The position numbers and the translations under genes were made by a program. DNA of 24,243 nt from a virus (taxonomy: Duplodnaviria; Caudoviricetes), in the IMG/VR virus record IMGVR_UViG_3300011423_000033, positions 1 through 24,243 of that record; one strand, written 5' to 3'. This document shows, piece by piece, positions 7,880 through 16,648 of this stretch. The first letter of the stretch is position 1. The number at the start of each line of letters is the position of its first letter. The notes beneath the pieces were generated by a model. It did not search any database. It saw only the letters and a list, made by a program, of their open reading frames with translations, and had not been told where the DNA came from.

Positions 7880-9897
7880 CACAGCCACTCCACATGTAGA
7901 TAGCTATCAGCAGCCCACGGAAAACTTCCAGCAAAGCGGAATGCTAATATATTGAGTGCAACACCAGCAGCAGCATTCTGCATAAAGTTGGTGTAGTATG
8001 CATGAAGAAGATCACCACCAGAGAAGTAACTAGTGGTGCTTTTGCAGCCGAAGAAGTGCGAGGCGTCAGGTCGCACGAGAGTAAGTAGAGCGTCAACGTG
8101 TATTGCTTGTCCTGCATTGTTGGGTGACGCCAAGTGCATGTACGACATGGGAGAACCATTCACATTAGTAATAGTAGCGCCAGAAGCTGTGTTAGCGAAA
8201 CCATATAAATTGTAATCACCGGCAGTACCTCTAAACACTCCCGGTGCCACACTCATAAATAAACTAACAGCAGTCGGTATCGACGTAGGATAAAGCATAG
8301 CTGTTAATCGTGCTTGCTTTGCACCAACGGGTACTTGTGCATCAATGGAACTAACACCGCCAAGCGGGAAGCGCTGATACCTAGGTACTTCTTGCCACGT
8401 TAAGTCTCTGCGTGCATATGTACGAGCGTCAACAGGAGCTTCAGCAGCTTTGCCGTCTGCATACAGCTTCGTAGCTGCGTGTAGATCAGCACTAGGAGCG
8501 CCGCTAAGTGTAAGCAGTCCACTCATAGCGTCGCCGCTCTTAGCAACATAAGCAGCTAGATTAGGACTAGGTATAGCAACAGCTTGCACCCATTGCTTAC
8601 TATCACCATCGTCGTACAACACATACAGCATGCCTGCATCGCTCTCCCACCAAAGAGCGCCTGCTGCTGTAGTCACGGTTGACGGTGGTGTATCCGCGAT
8701 GATTAACGATGCAGAGCCATCAACGTATTGCTTAGTAGCAACGTGATCATCCTGCGATGGTTGATTGATTACTCTAACTTGCGTGAATTGTGGTGTATCG
8801 GTAGTACCTAATCCTAGATTAGTGCGCGATGTTACAACACTTTGCACATCGCTCAAGTTGTTAGCTCTAAGCATATCGCCACTACCGGCACCACTCGCGC
8901 CAGTGTTGCCAGTGCGCGAGAATGAAACAGACAGAGCATCGCCAGTAGAGAATGCGCCTAACTTCGTAACAAACGCAACAGGCACTTGCAACCATGTGCC
9001 GTTGTCAGTCAACGCACCTATGATGTTGAAGACGACGAAGTTCTGTGGCTCGCTAGCTTCTCGTATATACAGTGTACCACGTTGATCTGGATTGGTGCTA
9101 TCATCCCATGATGCAACCCAATCACTAACGTCAGGATTGCCGGGATCGGCAGTCTGTGCGCTGACAGCTATCAACGTAGTTAGTGACCAGTTAGCACTAT
9201 TAAACTGAATATCAGCAATACCGGGATCAGCCATCGCTGTGTTGATGTCGAAGTTCCACCTAAATGCGCCCTGCGAACTACTCGCTATAAACGCGCTATC
9301 AGCAGCGTCGTCGGCTGAAGCATCAGCAGCAGCGGCGCTAGCAGCAGCATTATTAGCTGACGTGAATGCACTACTCGCACTACCGGCAGCAGCATCTGCT
9401 GCATCTGTGGCGTCACTGACTACTTCAGTAGCATCGAAGATAGTCTGCCACTCAGGGCCGTTACCTGGGAATGTACCGCCAGCAATGTGTGCAGTGGTGC
9501 ACAGGAAGTATTCATATTCATTAACAACTACAATGTCGCCTGTTGAATACGATGAACCGGGCGACCAATCGCCACGGAACACAGGCACACCGCCTAGTTG
9601 CAATGACCAGAATGTAGGATGTGCTGTACGATCATCAGCGAATGTGCCAGTTGCTCTACTAGTGTGCTGTACTAAGCAACGGTAAATCAATCCATTCGTA
9701 CCATCAAATACACGTTCGCCAATCAAGTACTCAGTACTATTTATCCACTCGCCACGAATGCCGCTCGCACCAAATTGCAAGAACATACTATCAAGCTGCG
9801 ACCAGTTAGCATACTCAAGAGTATGCCAACGCGGCGTATCGAAGTTGATCAGCTTGAAGCCGTAGTTAGGAGTATAACCACGAATGTTGGCTACCAT
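7879..9897 (-). CDS. Main tail fibre protein, about 672 aa
   Basis: N-terminal YTPNYGFKL anchor-like segment, two W-x4-Y-x2-G carbohydrate-binding-like modules, Ala-rich coiled coil, GDMLRANNLSDV..SRTNLGLG and KSGDAMSG..HAATKLYAD fibre motifs. Confidence 0.8.
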   Translation of the reverse strand: MVANIRGYTPNYGFKLINFDTPRWHTLEYANWSQLDSMFLQFGASGIRGEWINSTEYLIGERVFDGTNGLIYRCLVQHTSRATGTFADDRTAHPTFWSLQLGGVPVFRGDWSPGSSYSTGDIVVVNEYEYFLCTTAHIAGGTFPGNGPEWQTIFDATEVVSDATDAADAAAGSASSAFTSANNAAASAAAADASADDAADSAFIASSSQGAFRWNFDINTAMADPGIADIQFNSANWSLTTLIAVSAQTADPGNPDVSDWVASWDDSTNPDQRGTLYIREASEPQNFVVFNIIGALTDNGTWLQVPVAFVTKLGAFSTGDALSVSFSRTGNTGASGAGSGDMLRANNLSDVQSVVTSRTNLGLGTTDTPQFTQVRVINQPSQDDHVATKQYVDGSASLIIADTPPSTVTTAAGALWWESDAGMLYVLYDDGDSKQWVQAVAIPSPNLAAYVAKSGDAMSGLLTLSGAPSADLHAATKLYADGKAAEAPVDARTYARRDLTWQEVPRYQRFPLGGVSSIDAQVPVGAKQARLTAMLYPTSIPTAVSLFMSVAPGVFRGTAGDYNLYGFANTASGATITNVNGSPMSYMHLASPNNAGQAIHVDALLTLVRPDASHFFGCKSTTSYFSGGDLLHAYYTNFMQNAAAGVALNILAFRFAGSFPWAADSYLHVEWL

Positions 9898-9960
9898 CGC
9901 ATTGCCCACTTATTGCAAGTGGCGATGTAGCCAGTGCGACCTTCTTGTGTAGAAAGTGTG

Positions 9961-9989
9961 AAACTAGCATAAATACACAAGTTTGTCAA
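9961..9989 (-). promoter_or_regulatory. Sigma70-type internal promoter for the tail fibre module
   Basis: Minus strand reads TTGACA (9989-9984), 17 nt, TAGTTT (9966-9961), with TG-n before the -10; lies in the only ~110-bp intergenic gap of the tail region. Confidence 0.7.
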
Positions 9990-9993
9990 TAGT

Positions 9994-10008
9994 GTATACT
10001 GTGTATAC
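9994..10008. repeat. GTATAC-N3-GTATAC dyad, copy 2 (4 bp upstream of the -35 box)
   Basis: GTATAC TGT GTATAC read directly from the sequence. Confidence 0.9.
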
Positions 10009-10009
10009 A

Positions 10010-12499
10010 TCATCCGCGCACCTGTGATCCGCGCTGATACATGAACGACATACCGCTAATGCTCAATGGCTCTGTACTACCGCCACTAACACGTGTCTTG
10101 ATTATCTTAAACTTAACCGGCATCTGCCACAGCTTCTGCTCACGTGTGCGCCTACCTGCACCGTAGACTTGTTGTCCGCTGCCATAAGCGCCTGCATCAT
10201 TCGGCACGAACTCTAGCGAACGCGCAGGTGTTAGTTTACCTGTCGCAGCATTGCGATAGATGTTGTCATCAAACAGATCAAGCGTGAAACGTGCACTACC
10301 GTTGGCGTCTATGTGTACGAAGCGCAACGACTTCGTGTTCTGCCGCATACCGAAGTCACTCCACGGTAGCTCCCATGCGAACTGAATAGGCTCACCTTTA
10401 TATTCTTCCCAACTATCAGGCGATGCATTACGTGCAGCTAGAAAGTTAGCTGCCGTTGTAGTAACATTAGCGATGCACTTATACACTAACCCATCGCTGT
10501 TATCATACACGCGCTGTCCTACTGTGTACGTTTGCCCGCTAGTCCACGCGACGAAATCATACATGCCATACCAATCGCCGTGCACTTTATGATCAGGGCT
10601 ACCGTAGCGCATCATGTAGCCATCAGGTGTGAACAGGAAGGCGCGACCTTCTACTGTGCCGCAGCCACAGTTGAACAGCAGCCCTTCAGGCGTTATAAAG
10701 CGCGACCATGCGAATAACTTAAGCTGCGGCACGTAGTGATATATGTAGCCAATGCTAGCATCATTAACTGGCTGTATCTGCACAGTAGAGCCACCACCGC
10801 CGATGTCTGTCGGCGTAGTAATAGGCAGATCAACGTCGATTTGTATTAGTACGTAGTTTTCATTGAGCACGCCAACGACACGCCTGCGTCCGTTGACATC
10901 GCTCGCTAGTAGTGTGCCAAAGCCAGTAGCACCGATAATATCAATGTTATCGTTTTGCTCTAGCTGATGATCATCATGGCGCATAATCAGCGTGCGTTTA
11001 GTCGCTTCGTTAGTTGCCATATCGCTGTCGAAGTAGAACGGATCAGTCGTCAGATTACGCGGATCAACTACATCGTACTTCGGCAGATAGAAGTGCACGC
11101 ACTTGTTCTTAGCATCATAGAAGCCAAATGCATGCAAGCGCATTGTCTCTTTGCGTAATCTGCCGATGTGCTTCGACATCATGCTTTCGATGTAATTGCT
11201 AACGCGCTCAGCTTGCACGGCGTTACTAACGCTTGATAGCTTCGCACTAGGCACACCGTTGAAATCTACAAAGAACACATCGCTGCCTATCTCTACTATC
11301 GTGCGCGGCGCGTTCGTACCGAAGCCATTAAGTGTATCAACAGGGACAGGATCATGCTTAGGTTGCTCGTTATCAACTGGCACCATGTTACCATACTTAA
11401 TCATCGTCGTCGCTGTAGGCGTGATGACTAGAATAGTATCTTTGATAGTTGCAAATCCACGCACTGTTTGCTCTGGACTAGCAACAATCTTGCTCATATC
11501 AAGATCGAGCGCATTGTTGATAGCACCAGCGCTACCAGAGTAAACAACAGCAGTATCTTGCGACGAGATACGTATCGACGTTAGCCGCTCGTTAATAGGC
11601 AGCAACTCTGTATCGTGTATAGTGAAGAACCTGAATGCTGACTTACACGCATCAAACGCTGGTATGTTGACGTTAGTTGAACCATCCAGTAGTACGTCAA
11701 CTAGATTAGCCTGCGTGAAATCAATCCTCAGTGGCTTATCGCGCCCATTGCTACAGATCAGCGCACTGCCGAATATGTCGTGTGCAACCATATCCGTAGC
11801 TGACCACGCAATAGGCCCACCGGGACGTGCTGCTGTAATTGCATTGCTCCAAATGCGTTGTACAGTTTCTTCTCTATCAATGCGTAGTATCTCACCGATG
11901 CTTGTCCATAGGATGACATAGTTAGCAAAGTAACGACACTCGATAGGCTCACCACCTATTGCATGCGTGTCGCGTATCAAATTGCCCGCAGCTATATTAT
12001 CTGTTTCAGACGCAGCGCTAGTAGCACGATTGCTTACTACAATCTCAAAGTTGTTTGCATCTATAACACGTCTCACGCCATGTGTGCGATTAATCATTTC
12101 TGGCACAATGCCAGCCCACGATTTAGTCCATCCTTTGATTGTAATATGACTATTAGCAATGACGCCGTGTGCTGTCCAATTAACTACAATAACACGCTCT
12201 GTGTTGGCAACTACGTTAGTCGTAAGCATCAGGCTTACAGTCGCAGCGTTACTAGTTTCTACGCCTGCCTTCAACTTAGTCCACATCTCGTAGCCGTAGC
12301 GCGGACCTACGCGACGATCAGTATAAGTCACCATGTTGTCAAACACAGGAGAGAACTTGCTAGTCAAGTTCTGTTCACTATCAACGACGTTCAACCCGCC
12401 GCCGAAGTCTCTAATCGTAGTATTCTGTAGCTTCGCCGTAGGACGTGGCTGCTTCGGCCTTCCGAGTGGCTTCAGCGCACGTGATAACATCTGCACCAT
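10010..12499 (-). CDS. Tail tubular/nozzle protein (P22 gp10 / T7 gp12 position), about 829 aa
   Basis: Starts with the DFGGGLN motif, is beta-rich, has the expected size, and follows the adaptor gene with a TAATG overlap at 12497-12501. Confidence 0.7.
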   Translation of the reverse strand: MVQMLSRALKPLGRPKQPRPTAKLQNTTIRDFGGGLNVVDSEQNLTSKFSPVFDNMVTYTDRRVGPRYGYEMWTKLKAGVETSNAATVSLMLTTNVVANTERVIVVNWTAHGVIANSHITIKGWTKSWAGIVPEMINRTHGVRRVIDANNFEIVVSNRATSAASETDNIAAGNLIRDTHAIGGEPIECRYFANYVILWTSIGEILRIDREETVQRIWSNAITAARPGGPIAWSATDMVAHDIFGSALICSNGRDKPLRIDFTQANLVDVLLDGSTNVNIPAFDACKSAFRFFTIHDTELLPINERLTSIRISSQDTAVVYSGSAGAINNALDLDMSKIVASPEQTVRGFATIKDTILVITPTATTMIKYGNMVPVDNEQPKHDPVPVDTLNGFGTNAPRTIVEIGSDVFFVDFNGVPSAKLSSVSNAVQAERVSNYIESMMSKHIGRLRKETMRLHAFGFYDAKNKCVHFYLPKYDVVDPRNLTTDPFYFDSDMATNEATKRTLIMRHDDHQLEQNDNIDIIGATGFGTLLASDVNGRRRVVGVLNENYVLIQIDVDLPITTPTDIGGGGSTVQIQPVNDASIGYIYHYVPQLKLFAWSRFITPEGLLFNCGCGTVEGRAFLFTPDGYMMRYGSPDHKVHGDWYGMYDFVAWTSGQTYTVGQRVYDNSDGLVYKCIANVTTTAANFLAARNASPDSWEEYKGEPIQFAWELPWSDFGMRQNTKSLRFVHIDANGSARFTLDLFDDNIYRNAATGKLTPARSLEFVPNDAGAYGSGQQVYGAGRRTREQKLWQMPVKFKIIKTRVSGGSTEPLSISGMSFMYQRGSQVRG

Positions 12500-13140
12500 T
12501 ACGACCACCTATTAACAGTGCTACGCGTTGGTTGAACGCTATCCTGTGGAATGTTATGTTGCTGCCTGTTGAATTGTGCTAATGCATCTTGAAACAGCAC
12601 GCGGAATTTATCGCTCGCACCTGGGTTAGTGCCATCGTCTTCTAGAACATCCCAACACGTGCCTAGTATCAGCAACTGCGTATCTATGAATATCTGATCG
12701 CCGTCTTCTTCAAAGTCGTCAGGCTTAGTCCTGAAGCTGACCCATATCCTGCCTGTTGTAGTAGTCGGCAATATCTTAAACCACTTCGTCGTGTTAGTGC
12801 CAAACTGACGAATGCTTGGATAGTTAATGTCACCATCGCGCACGCCTAGCGGTGCCATAGGCAACGGCTTGTGTGCACCTTCCCAGAATATACTATGCAA
12901 GTCGCGGAAGTCTTTAATACGTGTTGACAAATCAGCAGTAACTAATCCAGTAGTGCCATCGAGTACAAATTCCTCTTGCCACGTTGTGTACTCAGGTATC
13001 CAATACTCACGAAACAATAGATCAAACTTATGTTGCACTGCTAGCTGTATACGCGGCTCAGCGTATATCTGCGCGTCTAATCCTTCAACTAGCGCTAGCC
13101 GCTGTAGTACTTTAGTAACAATCTGCCCGAATGTTATCAC
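12499..13140 (-). CDS. Head-tail adaptor / tail tubular protein A, about 213 aa
   Basis: GTG start at 13140 with GGAGG RBS at 13146-13150; TFGQIVTKVLQRL N-terminal helix; size and position directly before the nozzle. Confidence 0.65.
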   Translation of the reverse strand: MITFGQIVTKVLQRLALVEGLDAQIYAEPRIQLAVQHKFDLLFREYWIPEYTTWQEEFVLDGTTGLVTADLSTRIKDFRDLHSIFWEGAHKPLPMAPLGVRDGDINYPSIRQFGTNTTKWFKILPTTTTGRIWVSFRTKPDDFEEDGDQIFIDTQLLILGTCWDVLEDDGTNPGASDKFRVLFQDALAQFNRQQHNIPQDSVQPTRSTVNRWS

Positions 13141-13150
13141 AGCAACCTCC

Positions 13151-13189
13151 AAGCAAAGGTGGCCTGCATAGTGTTAGCCATGCAGGCCA
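13151..13189 (-). terminator. Rho-independent terminator after the capsid gene block
   Basis: Minus strand TGGCCTGCATGG-CTAACA-CTATGCAGGCCA (12-bp stem with one G-U pair) followed by CCTTTGCTT. The imperfect U-tract fits partial read-through into the tail genes. Confidence 0.7.
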
Positions 13190-13215
13190 AGTTGGGGCAG
13201 TCGGTCAGTCAACAA

Positions 13216-13443
13216 TTACTTCTTAGGATTAGGAGCAGCGTAGCCAGCCTTCGTACCTGCTGCACTAGCAGGTGCATTGCTAGTCAACTGATCCTTCTTG
13301 AGTGTCACCACAGTGCCGTCTGCCATCGTGCACACAACCTGATCACCGCCTTCCTCATAGCCGGGATCAGTCGCACAGGCATCACGCACAGCGACGACAT
13401 TCTGTCCTTTGTACTGCTGAGCATACTCTGTTTCTTCTGGCAT
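13216..13443 (-). CDS. Hypothetical protein, 75 aa
   Basis: Strong AGGAGG RBS; co-oriented within the operon. Confidence 0.7.
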   Translation of the reverse strand: MPEETEYAQQYKGQNVVAVRDACATDPGYEEGGDQVVCTMADGTVVTLKKDQLTSNAPASAAGTKAGYAAPNPKK

Positions 13444-13481
13444 TCTAACCTCCTATTGCTAGTTGTTGGTACTATACGCAA

Positions 13482-14123
13482 TTACACAGTAACGTGAGCA
13501 CTACCGTGCAAGTTACCACGATCCACAACGCACGTGAAGCGATAACTCGTAGTACCGTTAGGTGCCGCTGCTGGCGTGTAAGCACCACGCGGATCACCGC
13601 TAGTGAGCGACTGTGTAACTACGCCAGCAAGCAACGCGCCCGCAGCCGCAGTAACATCGTTGGCAAGCTCACCATACAACGCAGTGTGCAGTACTTTGTA
13701 AGGCACACCCAAGATGACACCGACGCCGATGCTAATCGTCGCTGCAACAGGCACGATAACATGCGACACGTCCTTGAACATCTTCTTGCCAGTAACAGCA
13801 CCAGCAATGAGTGTAACGCTCTCGCGCATTGCCTGACCGAGATAGTCATAACCCACAATCGTACCAGCACCACCAACAGTGCTAGTGACCGTGATGTTAC
13901 GACCATAACGACCCATGATAGCGTCGGTCTGCACTACCGCAGGCACGGCATTGCCAGCAGCAGCAAGCACCAGTCCGTTGAGCAGCACTCCTGCACCCGC
14001 CGCAACGCATGCAGGAATGTCAACAGTAGTATGTCCATCCACACTCACATCGGCGGCATACATCATGTCCGCGACACGATGGCTGACGCGACGAGTGCTA
14101 GGAACAGCAACTTGTACGGCCAT
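13482..14123 (-). CDS. Probable capsid decoration / minor head protein, 213 aa
   Basis: Ala/Val/Gly-rich beta-type sequence downstream of the MCP and before the terminator; GAGG RBS. Confidence 0.55.
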   Translation of the reverse strand: MAVQVAVPSTRRVSHRVADMMYAADVSVDGHTTVDIPACVAAGAGVLLNGLVLAAAGNAVPAVVQTDAIMGRYGRNITVTSTVGGAGTIVGYDYLGQAMRESVTLIAGAVTGKKMFKDVSHVIVPVAATISIGVGVILGVPYKVLHTALYGELANDVTAAAGALLAGVVTQSLTSGDPRGAYTPAAAPNGTTSYRFTCVVDRGNLHGSAHVTV

Positions 14124-14125
14124 AG

Positions 14126-14587
14126 CTATTTATCCTCTTTGTCTGTGTGCTCAGTACTCGCAAGCAGCATCTTGTCTAGTAACTGTGGGTCTTTCTCAAG
14201 TAGCTGCGTGAGAACATCGAGCGTTTGTTTCTGCTTGTTCGATAATGCAGCATTCTGCTGCTGCACTCCAACTACTGTGTCGTCGCCGCCTTCCATGTAT
14301 AGCGGCACCAAGTTCTTATCGAGCCGCATCCTCACAAGGTCATCGTGAGTGACGAACACACTATCACCACGTAGAGTGCGAACCATGTATCCATCAATCT
14401 CAACATCAGTAGGCACAACACGGAAGCCAATCTCGTCTTTCACTGTGCGATTAACAACAGTGTGACGTTTCATAGGCTCTACAGTGTATGCAGGCACAGC
14501 CTTCTGCTTCTGCTCCATGCTAAACGCTTGCTGCGTCTGCGTGGGCTTGTTCTCGAAGCTGACTACTGGTGTTGGCTCACTAGCCAT
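14126..14587 (-). CDS. Hypothetical protein following the MCP, 153 aa
   Basis: GGAG RBS (embedded in a GTATAC-N3-GTATAC dyad); co-oriented. Confidence 0.7.
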   Translation of the reverse strand: MASEPTPVVSFENKPTQTQQAFSMEQKQKAVPAYTVEPMKRHTVVNRTVKDEIGFRVVPTDVEIDGYMVRTLRGDSVFVTHDDLVRMRLDKNLVPLYMEGGDDTVVGVQQQNAALSNKQKQTLDVLTQLLEKDPQLLDKMLLASTEHTDKEDK

Positions 14588-14591
14588 TGTT

Positions 14592-14606
14592 GTATACTCC
14601 GTATAC
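14592..14606. repeat. GTATAC-N3-GTATAC dyad, copy 3 (intergenic after the MCP, over an RBS)
   Basis: GTATAC TCC GTATAC read directly from the sequence. Confidence 0.9.
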
Positions 14607-14608
14607 TT

Positions 14609-15559
14609 TTAGTCGTTCACTACAGCGTGAGTGCGGTATTGCTTCCACGTTGCGAACTGACATTGCGTGATGACACGCTGTCCGTAGCCGTCGATAGTCC
14701 ACGGTGCTGTCAGATCAACATTCTTCATGTTGTTGTCACCGAGGATATGCAGGCGCAGATACGTGTCGTTGAGGAAGTAGCTACGATCAACCGGGCAGCT
14801 TTCATCATAGATGATCGGCACACCGTTGTGCGACACACCGTCGAAGCCCAAGTCCATCATGCGCTTGCCGCTCGACGTGTTGTTGAGCGGAATAGTGAGC
14901 TTGCTACGCACCGCAGCACGATACAAGCGATACTGATTGCGTCCAGTGATGATAACCTTTGGACGTTCCGTACCTTGCTTGAGGTCAAGAAGCACATCAT
15001 CGTAGGCTTCCTCGATATTCGTCGCGTTAAGAGTACCCGCGAAGTCGTATGAGGAAGAACGCCACTGCACTTCCGTAGCACGATCAACACCAGCGAGCGA
15101 TCCAACAGTAGGATCGTCAGGAATAAGTAGCGCAAGTCCATTCGGATCATTGCCACCACCAAGCCCGTAGAGGTAAGCGCTGAACTTCTCTTTGATTGAG
15201 AGTTCGAGTGCTTCCAACTTACCTTGGAGTAGCTTAACAGCCGCCTGCTCACCTTTGTTCTCGTCTTCTTCCTGATTGCTGATGATTACTGTACCAGCAA
15301 TACGGCTCCAACGATATTCGAGCTTGATGAACTCTTGCGTCTGCACGACAGGCAAGCTGTCGTAATAGCTATAGCTGCCGACTGTCGGATTGCGTCCAGT
15401 CAGCAACGGGTTAGTAATGTTGTAACCGCTGCTTTCATTCTCGATGCGGTCACGTGCAAAGCACCACGCCATGAGCGCATTGCTCTGCATAGCTGCCACG
15501 ATGAGCTTCTTACGCGAACGCTCAATCGTAGTAGCCAGTACGTTCTGGAGTACAGGCAT
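14609..15559 (-). CDS. Major capsid protein (HK97 fold), 316 aa
   Basis: Follows the scaffold; motifs GSYSYYDSL, EYRWSRIAGTVIIS..EE..N.G, LYGLG..NDPNGL, GFDGVSHNGVPIIYDESCP are typical of a widespread MCP family. Confidence 0.85.
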   Translation of the reverse strand: MPVLQNVLATTIERSRKKLIVAAMQSNALMAWCFARDRIENESSGYNITNPLLTGRNPTVGSYSYYDSLPVVQTQEFIKLEYRWSRIAGTVIISNQEEDENKGEQAAVKLLQGKLEALELSIKEKFSAYLYGLGGGNDPNGLALLIPDDPTVGSLAGVDRATEVQWRSSSYDFAGTLNATNIEEAYDDVLLDLKQGTERPKVIITGRNQYRLYRAAVRSKLTIPLNNTSSGKRMMDLGFDGVSHNGVPIIYDESCPVDRSYFLNDTYLRLHILGDNNMKNVDLTAPWTIDGYGQRVITQCQFATWKQYRTHAVVND

Positions 15560-15574
15560 AGTCTGTGTGTCCTA

Positions 15575-16636
15575 CTATTTGTTGTTGAGTTCTGTGAACA
15601 CTGCCGCTGCTATGTCTTTCCACGGAGCATTAGCGCGGAAGTCTCCACGCGAGTTAGCGCCATTGTTGTGAGTAGGCAGACCGCCGTTTGGCTGTACACC
15701 GCGCATACTGCCCGGTGTGCTTCTACTTCTACTATTGCCATTACCACCGCTGCGTTGGCGCTGCATAGCTGCCTCAATTTGCGGCTTCAATGGAGAAGTG
15801 AAGTCAAAACCACGACGCTCAACCCAACTACGTAGTTCATAGTACGCTTTCTCCGGTGTTAAACCGTGCTGCTGTACTAGATTGCTGATTTCTACCCCAT
15901 GCGTTTCAGAATGAGGATGATTTTGTACAAACTGCTCCATCTGCACTTGGGCGCGTTCTTCAATCTGCGCTTGTTGCTGACGTGCTTGCGTTTGTTTCTC
16001 TAACGGACCTAATCTGCGGTCAAGCTCGTTAGTAATAACACGCGCATTGATGTGCGGCACTGCATCTGTGCCGAATAAGTCTTCCATAGTGACGCCAGTA
16101 GCTAATACGCGAGCAACTATGTCGCGTACTGCCATAACCGGATCACGTTCAGCCATTGCGCGCAGTTGTAGCGCCTCTTGTGCCGATTGCATCGACAAGT
16201 TATTCTGTTTTAGTATCTGATCGAACGCAGCATACTGCTGAATGTGCTGCTGCATAGCACGCATCTGCCTGCTAGCTTGATTAGCAGCGTACTGAGCGCG
16301 ATTTAGGTTGTAAGCTAGCTGCTTCTCACGCCGCGATGCTGCGACTACGTTGCCCTTGGCGTCTAATAGCTCACCTTTCGGCCCTTTGCGCGGTTTATCA
16401 GGGAATAACTGATCATCTTTAGCACCTTTATCGGGCTGATGACGATCGCTACCTGTTTCTACGCGATCTTCGCCACCTTCAGTGCGTTGTTCGCCACCTT
16501 CAGCTTGCTGCGGTGACAACTGCGGGTCAAGTTGACCTTCATTATCACTTCCACCGTCTTGCTGACCACTCTGTGCATCATCTTTAATGCCGAATGTATC
16601 ACCTACAGCGCTCATTAGGTCTTTTTCTTCAGGCAT
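15575..16636 (-). CDS. Capsid scaffolding protein, 353 aa
   Basis: Acidic disordered N-terminus, Gln-rich coiled coils, short C-terminal helix (WKDIAAAVFTEL); lies between portal and MCP; AGGAGG RBS. Confidence 0.7.
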   Translation of the reverse strand: MPEEKDLMSAVGDTFGIKDDAQSGQQDGGSDNEGQLDPQLSPQQAEGGEQRTEGGEDRVETGSDRHQPDKGAKDDQLFPDKPRKGPKGELLDAKGNVVAASRREKQLAYNLNRAQYAANQASRQMRAMQQHIQQYAAFDQILKQNNLSMQSAQEALQLRAMAERDPVMAVRDIVARVLATGVTMEDLFGTDAVPHINARVITNELDRRLGPLEKQTQARQQQAQIEERAQVQMEQFVQNHPHSETHGVEISNLVQQHGLTPEKAYYELRSWVERRGFDFTSPLKPQIEAAMQRQRSGGNGNSRSRSTPGSMRGVQPNGGLPTHNNGANSRGDFRANAPWKDIAAAVFTELNNK

Positions 16637-16648
16637 TGTAGCCTCCTA

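Noticed and set aside
5874-9897. Diversity-generating retroelement acting on the fibre tips
   Set aside because: The paralogous C-termini are diverged at all base types, with no near-identical TR/VR pair differing only at adenines, and there is no reverse transcriptase in the window.
13494-14348. 284-aa plus-strand ORF and the many other plus-strand ORFs in the track
   Set aside because: They are antisense shadows of well-supported minus-strand genes, with no recognisable motifs.
14585-14611. Read-through fusion of the MCP with the in-frame downstream gene
   Set aside because: The stop is TAA, the downstream gene has its own RBS, and in-frame spacing occurs one time in three by chance.
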